Counted from the stretch's first letter, positions 35,685 to 45,023 are shown. The stretch: 49,473 nt of DNA from an uncultured Acidobacteriota bacterium (GCA_964586535.1 CAZPJJ010000002.1:1-49473); one strand, 5' to 3'. Notes: generated from the sequence alone by a model not told the origin. Translations and numbers: made by a program.

Positions 35685-38675
35685 ATGTCCCGCATCGCTT
35701 CCCTCGGGCTGTTCGTGCTCGTCTTCGCCCTTGCTGGTCCGGCGCTCTCCAACGATCGCGATACGAAGGTGCGGACGTCATGGTCCTCCGTCGTGGTCGA
35801 CGTGCGCTTCGCGTCCCCGGCGCTGAGCGAGCGCGGTGACGGGACCGTCCTGGCCTGGGTGCCCACGCTCCGATCTCGCGCCGCGCGACCGGGGGCGCCG
35901 CTGCTCCCCGAGAAGCAGCTCTCAGTGCTTCTGCCTCCGGGGACTCGCGTTGCCTCCGTGCGCATCGACGGGGTCGCGGAGACGCACACCAGCGCCCTCC
36001 GTGTGGCCTGGGGGCAGCCGCCGAGGCCGATCGGGCACGAGGCGCTCGCAAGAGTCCCGGCGGATCCCGAGATCTACGCGAGCGACGCGCTCCACCCCGC
36101 TCGCGTCGCGCAGGTGGCGCGAGTGGGGCGCTTCCGCGGCTACTCCGTGGCAACCCTCGTCCTCGCGCCGGTGCAGGTGAGGCCCCGCCTCGGGAAGATC
36201 GTCTTCTGGTCGCGTATGAGCGTCACCCTGGAACTCGAGAAGGACCCCGCCGCGCTCGCCGCGACGCCGCGCGGACTCGTCGAGGACGCGCTCGCGTTGG
36301 CCAAACTCGTCGCCAATCCGGATGCGGCCTCGCTCTACGACGCGCCCACCGCGAAGAGCGCGAGCGAGCCCTACCTGATCGTCTGCGCGGACTCGCTCTG
36401 CGCCAGTTTCGAGCGGCTGCTCAACCATCGCGCTGCGCACGGCATGGCGGGCCGCATGCTCTCCGTCTCCGCCATCGAAGCCGCCTACAGCGGTCCCGAC
36501 ACGCCCGCGAAGATCCGCGAAGCCATTCGCGAGGCGTACGCGACGCGCGGGACGACGCACGCGCTGCTGGCCGGCGACGACGTCGGCAACGGCGGCGAGA
36601 CGCTCGTCCCCTATCGCGGTTGTCTGCTCGATGCGGGCGGCTACCGCTATACCGACGCGCCCGTCGATTTCTACTTCGGCGCCCTCGACGGCTCCTGGAA
36701 CACCGATGGGGACACGGTTTGGTGCGAGCCCGATGAGATCGACTACTTCTCGGAAGTGCACATCGGGCGTGCCACCGTGGACACGCCTGCAGAAGCCGAC
36801 CGTTTCATCGACAAGGTTCTGGCCTACGAGGCGGGACTCGCGGCCGATCGCCAGCGCGATCTCGTCTGGATCGGCGAGTCGCTCGACGCGTCCACCTGGG
36901 GCGGCGATTCGAAGGACGTGACCGCGGCGCTCGTCCCCGCGGACGAGTACGAGATCTCGCGGCTCTACGATCGTGAGGGCACCTTTTCACGGCAGAACGT
37001 GATCGCGGCGCTCAATCGCGGGCCGCACCTGACGAATCATCTCGGGCACGCCAACTCGAGCTACGTGATGGGCATCTACAGCAGCGACGTGGACGCGCTC
37101 GTCAACGAGTCGCCGTTCTTCTCGTACACGCAGGGTTGCGACGCCGGCGCGTTCGACCAGAAGTTCAGCGGTTCGTCCGAGGCCGTTTCCGAGCATTTTA
37201 TTTTCGCGGAGCACGCGGCGTTCGGCATCGTCGCCAACGTGCGCTACGGGTGGTATTCGCCCGGAGCGACCAACGGCCCGAGCCAGTATTTCGATCACGA
37301 GTTCTACGACGCGCTCTTCACCGAGAATCTCGACACGCTGGGCGCGGCGAACGACGACGCGCGGCACGACAACGCCGCTCTCTCGCAAGGAGACGAATAC
37401 CTGCGTTGGTGCTTCCTCGAAACCAACCTGCATGGCGATCCGGCGACGCCGGTGGCCGTTGGCAGGCGCTTCCGCGTGAATGCGACGCGTGTCATCGACG
37501 TGGACCCGCTTCACGGCAACGCCAACGGCATGGCCGATCCCGGCGAGGTCTTGCGCCTGGCGGTCACGCTCGAGAATACACGAGGAGAGGACGCCGCTGG
37601 CGTCGAAGGGCGGCTCTCGTCGGGTCTCGCCGGGGTCGTGGTTCACGATCCGTATGCGGCGTGGGGACTCGTCGAGGCGCACGCCGCGCAGGAGAACGCG
37701 CCGCCGCACTTCACCTTCGAGGCCGACGTGCCCTGCGGAACCTTCGTCCCCTTCCAATTGGAAATCGTCGACGCCAGCGGCGAGTCCGAGTCGCTCTCTT
37801 TCACCGTGCTCATGGGGGAGCGGACGCAGCGGGTCCTCTTCGAGGACGACTTCGAAGAGGACCATGGATGGGCGCATTCGGGAACGTGCAGCGACGGCGC
37901 GTGGGAGCGCGGCGAACCTCGCGGCACGCTGAACGGCGCGGAGCCCGCGAATCCCGACCTGGATGCGAGCCCGGACCCCGGCACTCTCGCCTTCGTCACG
38001 GGCAACGCGGGGCTCTCGGCGACGGACGACGACGTCGATCACGGGACCGCTTTGCTCACCAGTCCCGCGCTCGATGCGTCGGGCTATCTCGACCTGCGCG
38101 TGTCGTATCAGCGCTGGTACTACATCTCGCCCTACACGACGCCCCCCTCGAACACGCTGCGCGTCGAAGCCAGCGGCGACGACGGCGAGACGTGGGTCGA
38201 ACTCGAGCGCGTCGTGAGCACGGAGACGCCGTGGGCGGCGAAGACGTTCCCGCTCGAGAGCGCGATTCCGCTCGACACCGTGCGTCTGCGCGTCGTGGCC
38301 GAGGAGATAGCGATGGGTACGCGCGACGTGATCATCGAGGCCGGGCTCGACGAGGTGCGCTTCGAGGGGACGTGGACGCGCTGCGAAGACTTCGTTCCGC
38401 CGGCGCTCTCTCCACCCGCTCCCGTGGGCGCGACCCTCACCGCGACCCGCTCGGGCGAACACGTGATGCTCACTTGGCTGGCCCCGCCCGAGGATCCCGC
38501 TCACGGCCCCGCGACTTTCTATCGCGTCGAGCGCGCGTTGCTGCACGAGGCGCTCTGGCTGCCGCTGGGTGAGCCTTTGGCCGAGCAGTGGATGGACTGT
38601 GGCGCCTGCGCGGACGGGATCTCGTATCAATACCTGGTGACGGCGGGCAACGCGGCGGGCCCCGAGGTCCCCTGA
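35685..38675 (+). CDS. Exported peptidase C25 (gingipain-like cysteine peptidase) with a C-terminal beta-sandwich / MAM-like / FN3-like cassette
   Basis: The ATG lies 5 nt after AGGAGG and a signal peptide is present. The C25 core reads YLIVCADSL...LLAGDD...FYFGALDGSWNTDGD...HIGRA, the His context is LTNHLGHAN, and the Cys context is YTQGCDAGAFD. The C-terminal cassette is homologous to that of the M14 gene at 47421-48611. Confidence 0.85.
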   Translation: MSRIASLGLFVLVFALAGPALSNDRDTKVRTSWSSVVVDVRFASPALSERGDGTVLAWVPTLRSRAARPGAPLLPEKQLSVLLPPGTRVASVRIDGVAETHTSALRVAWGQPPRPIGHEALARVPADPEIYASDALHPARVAQVARVGRFRGYSVATLVLAPVQVRPRLGKIVFWSRMSVTLELEKDPAALAATPRGLVEDALALAKLVANPDAASLYDAPTAKSASEPYLIVCADSLCASFERLLNHRAAHGMAGRMLSVSAIEAAYSGPDTPAKIREAIREAYATRGTTHALLAGDDVGNGGETLVPYRGCLLDAGGYRYTDAPVDFYFGALDGSWNTDGDTVWCEPDEIDYFSEVHIGRATVDTPAEADRFIDKVLAYEAGLAADRQRDLVWIGESLDASTWGGDSKDVTAALVPADEYEISRLYDREGTFSRQNVIAALNRGPHLTNHLGHANSSYVMGIYSSDVDALVNESPFFSYTQGCDAGAFDQKFSGSSEAVSEHFIFAEHAAFGIVANVRYGWYSPGATNGPSQYFDHEFYDALFTENLDTLGAANDDARHDNAALSQGDEYLRWCFLETNLHGDPATPVAVGRRFRVNATRVIDVDPLHGNANGMADPGEVLRLAVTLENTRGEDAAGVEGRLSSGLAGVVVHDPYAAWGLVEAHAAQENAPPHFTFEADVPCGTFVPFQLEIVDASGESESLSFTVLMGERTQRVLFEDDFEEDHGWAHSGTCSDGAWERGEPRGTLNGAEPANPDLDASPDPGTLAFVTGNAGLSATDDDVDHGTALLTSPALDASGYLDLRVSYQRWYYISPYTTPPSNTLRVEASGDDGETWVELERVVSTETPWAAKTFPLESAIPLDTVRLRVVAEEIAMGTRDVIIEAGLDEVRFEGTWTRCEDFVPPALSPPAPVGATLTATRSGEHVMLTWLAPPEDPAHGPATFYRVERALLHEALWLPLGEPLAEQWMDCGACADGISYQYLVTAGNAAGPEVP

Positions 38676-38821
38676 TCCCCGGGGGGTGTGCAGGAGGCGA
38701 GGCCGCCCCTTTCTGGTGATGGCGGCTCTCGCCCCGTTCTCGCGTTCTCCCTTTCGAGGACCGGCGGCTAACGGCGTCCAGTCACGCTGTTAGAATGGTC
38801 GTCGGCGACAGAGGGGATGCG

Positions 38822-39415
38822 ATGTCCGCACCGAGCGAAGTCACGGTTCTGCTCCAGGCTTATCGCGACGGAGACCGCGCCGCATTTGATCGGCTCGTCC
38901 CGCTCGTCTACGGCGACCTGAAGCAGATCGCCCGCAGGCTGCTTCGGGGGCGAGCTGTCGGCCAAACGCTCTCGGCGACGGGTGTCGTACACGAGGCCTG
39001 GCTGAAACTCGTCGATCACACCGGCGCGAGTTGGAACGATCGCGGGCACTTCCTCGCGGTCTCCGCGCGCGCGATGCGCCAAGTCGTCATCGACTACGCG
39101 CGCGAAAAGAAAGCCGCGAAGCGCGGAGGCAACGCCGCGCTCGTGACGCTCGACGAGGCCTCGGTCATCGACGACACCGAGACGACGTGGGTGCTCGCAG
39201 TCGACGAGGCCATCCGTAAGCTCGGAGAGCACAGCGAGGATCTCGCGCGGATCGTGGAGTGCCGCTTCTTCGGGGGCTACAGCGAGCAAGAGACAGCCGA
39301 TGCGCTGGGACTCTCGTTGCGTACCGTGCAACGCGGCTGGCCGCGGGCGCGGGCCTGGCTGAAGGAGGTCCTGCGAACCGTGGAGGCCGGCGAGGGGCAG
39401 AGTGGAGGCGGGTGA
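38822..39415 (+). CDS. ECF sigma factor of the kinase-associated Sigma70_ECF (TIGR02999-like) type
   Basis: The sequence VTVLLQAYRDGDRAAFDRLVPLVYGDLKQIARRLL....TLSATGVVHEAWLKL...HFLAVSARAMRQVVIDYAR... is the hallmark of this subfamily. Region 4 reads YSEQETADALGLSLRTVQRGW. An alternative start lies at 38795. Confidence 0.85.
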   Translation: MSAPSEVTVLLQAYRDGDRAAFDRLVPLVYGDLKQIARRLLRGRAVGQTLSATGVVHEAWLKLVDHTGASWNDRGHFLAVSARAMRQVVIDYAREKKAAKRGGNAALVTLDEASVIDDTETTWVLAVDEAIRKLGEHSEDLARIVECRFFGGYSEQETADALGLSLRTVQRGWPRARAWLKEVLRTVEAGEGQSGGG

Positions 39416-42059
39416 CCTCTTCGCGAGGGCCGACGCCCTTCTCGAGCGGGCTCTGGACAGGCCCCGCCAGGAGCGGATCGCATTCCTGAGTCGCGAGGCG
39501 CGGGGCGAACCCGCGTTGCTCGCGCTCGCGCTGCGCCTCCTGGAGGATGCCGAAGAAGACGACCCGCGGCTGGCGACGGGCGCGGCCTTCGCGGGCGGAC
39601 TCGCCCTGGCGCTGGAAGACGACGAAAGCGGCGAGGCCCTGCAAGCCGGGACGCTCGTTGGTGCCTATCGAGTCGTGCGCGAACTCGCCCGCGGCGGAAT
39701 GGCTGTGATCTACCTCGCCGAGCGCGTCGACGGCAGGCTCGACCAGCAGGTCGCCCTCAAGGTCATCAAACGCGGTCTGGACACCGAAGAGGTTCTCGCG
39801 CGCTTCCGTCAGGAGGGGCGCATCATGGCGCTCGCACGCCACGCGAACATCGCGCGCGTCTTCGACGGGGGCGTCACGGCGGACGGGCGGCCGTTCTTCG
39901 CGATGGAGTATGTCGACGGTCAGCCGATCGACGAGTATTGCGATGCGCGGCGCCTCTCGATCGAAGAGCGCATCAAAGTCTTTCTCGAAGCCGCTCGCGC
40001 CGTCTCGTACGCGCATCGGAATCTCGTCGTCCATCGCGACATCAAGCCCTCGAACATCCTCGTCTCGCGTGAAGGACACGTGAAGCTGCTGGACTTCGGT
40101 ATCGCGAAGATCCTCGCCGGAGAGGGCGACGCGGGGCTGACGCGGACCGGCGGACGTTTCGTGACGCCCGCGTACGCGAGCCCGGAGCTGCTCACCGGGC
40201 ACGACGTGTCGACCGCCTCCGATGTCTATCAGCTCGGCGTGCTGCTCTACCTGCTCCTGACGGGCACGCTGCCGCATCGCGCGGAGAGCACGGGGGAGGC
40301 GCTGCTGCGCGCGGTCGCGATCGATCCGCCAGGGCGACCGAGCGACTCGCTCGGTGACGCCGACGACGGCGGCGCGCTCGAATCGTCCCTCGCGGCCTTG
40401 CGGGACACGACCCCGGCGCGCCTGCGGCGCCGGCTCCAGGGCGATCTCGACACGATCGTGCTCATGGCGCTACGGAAGGAGCCCGAGCGGCGTTACGGCT
40501 CGGTGGACCGTCTCGTCCTTGATCTCGAGCGGCACCTCGCGGGCCGCCCGGTCTCCGCCCGGCCGGACACGCTGCGCTACCGCGTTTCGCGGCTCATCGC
40601 GCGCAATCCCGCCGCGTCGTCGCTGGCCGCGGGACTGATCTTCGCGCTCGCGGCGGGGACGTTCGTCCTCGCGCTGCAAGCCGGGCGGCTCGCGCGCGAG
40701 CGCGACCGCGCCAACGCGGAGGCGCAGGCCGCGGAGCAGGTGACGGAGCTTCTCGTCGGGCTCTTCCAAGCATCCGACCCGGAGATCACGCTCGGCCGCG
40801 AACCGAGCGCGCGAGAGATCCTCGAGCGAGGCGCGACGGCGCTGGAAGAGTCTCTCGCCGGCGAGCCGCTCGTCCGGGCTCGCCTCGAGATGGCGATCGG
40901 ACGCATTCGCGAGAACCTCGGGCTCTGGAGTGCGGCCGCGGAGAGCTACGAGACAGCTCTCGCGCTGCGCGAACGGGAACTCGGCGAGCGGCACGTGGAC
41001 ACCGCTCGTTCGCTCGCCGCGCTCGCGCAAGCGCGGCTCTGGGAAGGGCGCCTCGACGAGTCGGAGCGACTCTTCGAGCAGGCGATCGGCGTTCTCGTGG
41101 CTCTGCGCGGCCCGGCGCACCAGGACACTCTCGGCGCGCAACATGGACTGGCCAGCGTGGCGTGGACGCAGGGCCGCTACGACGTTGCGGAGCGGATCTA
41201 CGAGGCGATCCACCGGGCTCGCCGCGAACGACTCGGCGACAAGGATCCGAAGACGCTCGATGCCCTCAACAGCCTCGGGCTCGTCGATCTGCGCCTCGGC
41301 CGGTTCGAGGCAGCGGAAACACGTCTCCGGCAAGTGCTCGAGGCTCGGGAGCGCGTGCTGGGGGCGGATCATCCGCACACTCTGATGTCGCTCAACAACG
41401 TGGGCTATGTCCTCACTCAGCAGGGCCGCCACGACGACGCCGTCGCGCTCTACGAGCGCGCCCTCGAAGCTCAGACGCGCGTGATCGGCGCGACGCATCC
41501 CGACACGCTCAACACGATGACGAATCTCGCGGAGTCGCGCTTCGCGCTCGGGCAGCGCGACGAGGCGACGGAACTCTTCGGGCGCGTTCACGAGGCGCGT
41601 GCCTCGACTCTCGGCGAGACTCACCCGGACACGCTTTCCGCGCGCATCAACCTCGGCGTTCTCGAACGCGAGGCGGGACGGCTCGACCCCGCCCGCGAGA
41701 CGTTGAGCGCGTCGCTCGCGGCGTGCGAGACGAAGCTCGGTTCCGACCATCCGCTGACGATGCTCGCGCTCGAGAACCTGGCGGACGTCCGGCTGCGCCT
41801 CGGCGATCTCGACGAAGCGGAAAGCGCGTACACGCGCTGCTTCGCGGTGAGGTCGGAAGCGTTGGGGCGGGGGCATCGGGACACGCTCGACGCGCAACTC
41901 GGGCTGGCGCAGGTCGCGCTCGCGCGCGGGGATCACGATCGTGCGGCGCTGATCGTCCTCGAGGCGCTCGACGCCGGACTCGAGCCGTCTCGTCTCGAAG
42001 AAACGAGCCGCCTTGCGCCCGTTCTCTCGGATCCCCGCGTCGCGGCGCGGTTACCCTGA
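39402..42059 (+). CDS. Ser/Thr protein kinase with one TM segment and a long C-terminal TPR array
   Basis: The kinase motifs are GGMAVIYLA...VALKVIK, HRDIKPSNILV, DFGIAK and TPAYASPE. The TM segment is AASSLAAGLIFALAAGTFVLAL. There are at least 8 TPR_10/12-like repeats (LGxxHPDTLxxxxNLA). The GTG start overlaps the sigma gene by 14 nt. Confidence 0.9.
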   Translation: MEAGDLFARADALLERALDRPRQERIAFLSREARGEPALLALALRLLEDAEEDDPRLATGAAFAGGLALALEDDESGEALQAGTLVGAYRVVRELARGGMAVIYLAERVDGRLDQQVALKVIKRGLDTEEVLARFRQEGRIMALARHANIARVFDGGVTADGRPFFAMEYVDGQPIDEYCDARRLSIEERIKVFLEAARAVSYAHRNLVVHRDIKPSNILVSREGHVKLLDFGIAKILAGEGDAGLTRTGGRFVTPAYASPELLTGHDVSTASDVYQLGVLLYLLLTGTLPHRAESTGEALLRAVAIDPPGRPSDSLGDADDGGALESSLAALRDTTPARLRRRLQGDLDTIVLMALRKEPERRYGSVDRLVLDLERHLAGRPVSARPDTLRYRVSRLIARNPAASSLAAGLIFALAAGTFVLALQAGRLARERDRANAEAQAAEQVTELLVGLFQASDPEITLGREPSAREILERGATALEESLAGEPLVRARLEMAIGRIRENLGLWSAAAESYETALALRERELGERHVDTARSLAALAQARLWEGRLDESERLFEQAIGVLVALRGPAHQDTLGAQHGLASVAWTQGRYDVAERIYEAIHRARRERLGDKDPKTLDALNSLGLVDLRLGRFEAAETRLRQVLEARERVLGADHPHTLMSLNNVGYVLTQQGRHDDAVALYERALEAQTRVIGATHPDTLNTMTNLAESRFALGQRDEATELFGRVHEARASTLGETHPDTLSARINLGVLEREAGRLDPARETLSASLAACETKLGSDHPLTMLALENLADVRLRLGDLDEAESAYTRCFAVRSEALGRGHRDTLDAQLGLAQVALARGDHDRAALIVLEALDAGLEPSRLEETSRLAPVLSDPRVAARLP

Positions 42060-42062
42060 TCG

Positions 42063-42569
42063 TCAACCGAAACGCAAGCCGAAGCGGCGGCAGATGTCCT
42101 CGGTTTCTTCCATGCGGAACTCGAGTCCGTAGTCCGCCGCGAGTCCTTCGATCGCGATCGGGTCGATGCCGCCTCGCAGCAGTGGCGAGAGCTTTCTGAA
42201 GTAGCCTTCGAATCCCGCCGGGACGATCAACTCGATGAATAGCAGCGGCTCGCTGCCGGCGTTCCAAAACGTATGCCACTGATGCCGCGGTTTGAGCACG
42301 TAGCTTCCCGCGGTCGCTTCGACGACATCGTCGCCGAGGAGCGCTCCGAGCTTTCCCTCGAGAACGATCGAGAGTTCGTCTTCGCGCGAGTGGCGATGCA
42401 GGGGCGCCGCCAGAGCACCGGGCGGAAGGGTGTGCTCGACGATCGCGAGCAACCCCGCGGTGTCGGATCCCGCGACCTTGTGGATGGTGCCCAGTCGGTC
42501 GAGTGGAAGGTCGGCGCCTTGCCCGGGCGCCACGACGAAGGGTCTCGCGTGTGTACGTGACGTTGTCAT
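42063..42569 (-). CDS. Cupin-domain protein
   Basis: The cupin motifs are PLHRHSREDELSIVLEG and PRHQWHTFWN. The protein is 168 aa. Confidence 0.8.
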   Translation of the reverse strand: MTTSRTHARPFVVAPGQGADLPLDRLGTIHKVAGSDTAGLLAIVEHTLPPGALAAPLHRHSREDELSIVLEGKLGALLGDDVVEATAGSYVLKPRHQWHTFWNAGSEPLLFIELIVPAGFEGYFRKLSPLLRGGIDPIAIEGLAADYGLEFRMEETEDICRRFGLRFG

Positions 42570-42720
42570 GGTCTCTCCTCGACGAGAGCGTGTCGAGCCG
42601 CTCTCGATGAGGAGAACGCGAGATCACGCGAAGAAGCGTCAGGTGCGGCCGGCCTCGAACGATCGACGCCGGCGGCAGGAGTGCCACCGGCGTCGGAAGA
42701 TGCGTGCGATCGCGAGGCTG

Positions 42721-43659
42721 TCAGCGGGCTCGGCGGGCTCCGCGCGCGGGACGCGCCTTGGCTTTCGGCTTTGCCTTGCCGCTCTCCGCGCCAGCAGCGG
42801 GTTCGCGCGTGCGGCTGCCCTCGCGCTTGACCTGGTTGCCTTCGCGCGTGGTCGTGCTTTCGCGCGTCGTGCGACCGCCCTTGGGGCCGATGGTCTCACC
42901 TTGATGCGTGACCTGATTGCCGTCCTTCGTCCACGTGTCCTGGCTCTGGACTTGGCCGCCGTTGGGACCGGTGCGCGTCGCATCGCGCGTGACGGTGTTG
43001 CCGTCGCGCGTCGTCGCGGCTTCGCGCGTGCTCGTGCGGCCGTTGGGCCCCGTGGTCGAGCCTTCACGCGTGACGGTGTTACCGTCCTTGGTCCACGTAT
43101 CGGTGCTCGTCACGGTCTTGCCGTTGGGCCCCGTCGTCGAACCTTCGCGCGTGACCGTATTGCCGTCTTTCGTCCACATGGCGTCGTGGGTCGCGGTCCT
43201 GCCGTTGGGCCCCGTGGTCGAGCCTTCGCGGGTGACGGTGTTGCCGTCCTTGGTCCAGGTGTTCTGCGAGGAGACGGTCTTGTCCTCGGGGCCCGTGGTC
43301 GAGCCTTCGCGCGTGACGGTGTTGCCCTCACGCGTCGTCGTCGCTTCGCGGGTCGCGATGCCGCCGTTCGGTCCGACGGTGGTGCCCTGACGAGTCACGG
43401 TGTTGCCGTCTTTGGTCCAGGTGTCGGTGCTGTTGACTTGCTTGCCATTGGGTAGCGTTGTGGTGCCCTGACGGACGGTCTTGTCGCCGTCTTTCGTCCA
43501 CGTCACCTCTTTGGACGATTTGCGGGCGCTCGCGTCGGCGTCGGGCTCGCTCTGGTTGGCGGGCGGGGGATTCTGCGGAGGTTCTTCCGCGAACGCGGGC
43601 AGAGCGACGAGGGCAAAAGCGAGAAGCGCCGTTCCAACGAGTGCGTGATTTCGGTTCAT
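42721..43659 (-). CDS. Exported Thr-rich repeat protein (27-aa repeats WTKDGNTVTREGSTTGPNGKTVTSTDT) with a Lys/Arg-rich tail
   Basis: The signal peptide is MNRNHALVGTALLAFALVALPAFA. There are about 8 repeats, equivalent to 81-bp DNA tandem repeats across 42811-43506. The C-terminus is GKAKPKAKARPARGARRAR. Confidence 0.75.
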   Translation of the reverse strand: MNRNHALVGTALLAFALVALPAFAEEPPQNPPPANQSEPDADASARKSSKEVTWTKDGDKTVRQGTTTLPNGKQVNSTDTWTKDGNTVTRQGTTVGPNGGIATREATTTREGNTVTREGSTTGPEDKTVSSQNTWTKDGNTVTREGSTTGPNGRTATHDAMWTKDGNTVTREGSTTGPNGKTVTSTDTWTKDGNTVTREGSTTGPNGRTSTREAATTRDGNTVTRDATRTGPNGGQVQSQDTWTKDGNQVTHQGETIGPKGGRTTRESTTTREGNQVKREGSRTREPAAGAESGKAKPKAKARPARGARRAR

Positions 43660-44171
43660 TGGTTCGTGTCTCCCTCGGATGACCTTCCGGGAATTTCGGC
43701 CTCGGCTCATCGCTGGGCCATCTCCCGTCCCCTAGTCGGTGCCGCTCCCGCGGCATGCCGACAAGACGGGGGAGACCGGGCCGGGTTGACATCGGCCCGA
43801 GCAAGCGAACGCCGTGAATTCTCGCGAACGGGCTCACTCAGCTTCGGATCGCGGGGGCAAGGGGTTTCTGTGAAGCGTTCACCCGGCCGGGCCACGTCGA
43901 GGGGTCGAACGGTACGCAGAAAAGTGTTGAGCGATTCTCGGACACACAGTACGATCAAAACGATGAAAGCGATCACGAGTAAGAAATAAAGGAAGGTTTA
44001 GCCAAAGCCGAGGATGATCGCCTGCCTGCCCCCGGCGGTATAGAGAGGCCGTTTGGGAGACCCTCCTCCCGCATCGGAGGTAGGACGAGCCATCGTGGGG
44101 GTACGCGTCCTCGGAGAAACCAACCGCGTTCGATGACCGCCGACGCGCGTCGGCGAAGGAGAGTGACGACC

Positions 44172-44912
44172 ATGCCAGCGAAGAACCTCTTCTGGACGGC
44201 CGCGACGATCTCGACGCTGCTCGCCCTTGGATGCGCTCCCGCGCCGGCCCCCGAGACGGCCGCGCCCACCCCGCCGCCCTTGGTGAGCGCGGTCACGACC
44301 GCGGCCGATCAGGCCGCTCTCACGCCGAACCAGGTCCTCGCGGAGCTCAAGGCGGGCAACGAGCGCTTCGTGCAAGGGAACCTGACCGCGCGGGACTATC
44401 GCGCCCAGGTGGCCTCGACGGCCGCGGGTCAGTATCCCAAGGCCGTGATCCTCTCGTGCCTCGACTCGCGGATTCCGCCCGAGATCGTCTTCGATCAGGG
44501 AATCGGTGACCTCTTCGTGGCGCGCATCGCGGGCAACTTCGAGAACGAGGACATCCTCGGTTCGATGGAGTTCGCCACGAAGGCAGCGGGAGCGAAGCTG
44601 ATCGTCGTGCTCGGACACACCGCCTGCGGTGCGGTCAAGGGCGCCTGCGACAATGTTCAGCTCGGCAATCTCACTGCCATGCTCGAGAACTTCGAACCCG
44701 CGCTCGCGGCGAGCCAGGGCGTGGAAGGCGAGAAGAACTCGAAGAACGACGCCTACGTGACTGCGGTCACCGACGCCAACATCCGCCAGACGATGCGCGA
44801 CATCGTCGAGCGCAGTCCGGTGCTCGCCGAACTCGTAGCGGGAGGATCGGTCGCGATCGTGGGAGGTCTCTACGACCTCGGCACGGGCCAGGTGAACTGG
44901 ATCGAGGGCTGA
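44172..44912 (+). CDS. Beta-class carbonic anhydrase, lipoprotein/exported
   Basis: The zinc ligand contexts are SCLDSRIPPE and LGHTACGAVKGA. The lipobox-like segment is LLALGCAP. The ATG lies 7 nt after AAGGAGAG. Confidence 0.9.
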   Translation: MPAKNLFWTAATISTLLALGCAPAPAPETAAPTPPPLVSAVTTAADQAALTPNQVLAELKAGNERFVQGNLTARDYRAQVASTAAGQYPKAVILSCLDSRIPPEIVFDQGIGDLFVARIAGNFENEDILGSMEFATKAAGAKLIVVLGHTACGAVKGACDNVQLGNLTAMLENFEPALAASQGVEGEKNSKNDAYVTAVTDANIRQTMRDIVERSPVLAELVAGGSVAIVGGLYDLGTGQVNWIEG

Positions 44913-45023
44913 TCAGGCACCGATTCTTCGAATCGAGTCCTCGGGAGGCCTTCTCGGGGGCCGGGATCGGCGTATAACCTCTCGGTTCTGCGCCACCCCG
45001 GCCCCTCGCCCAAGGAGCCTCCC

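Noticed and set aside
38760-38800. TAGAAT -10-like element upstream of the second ECF sigma gene
   Set aside because: The best -35 candidate (CTAACG) matches only 3 of 6 positions. No supporting evidence is available from the sequence alone.
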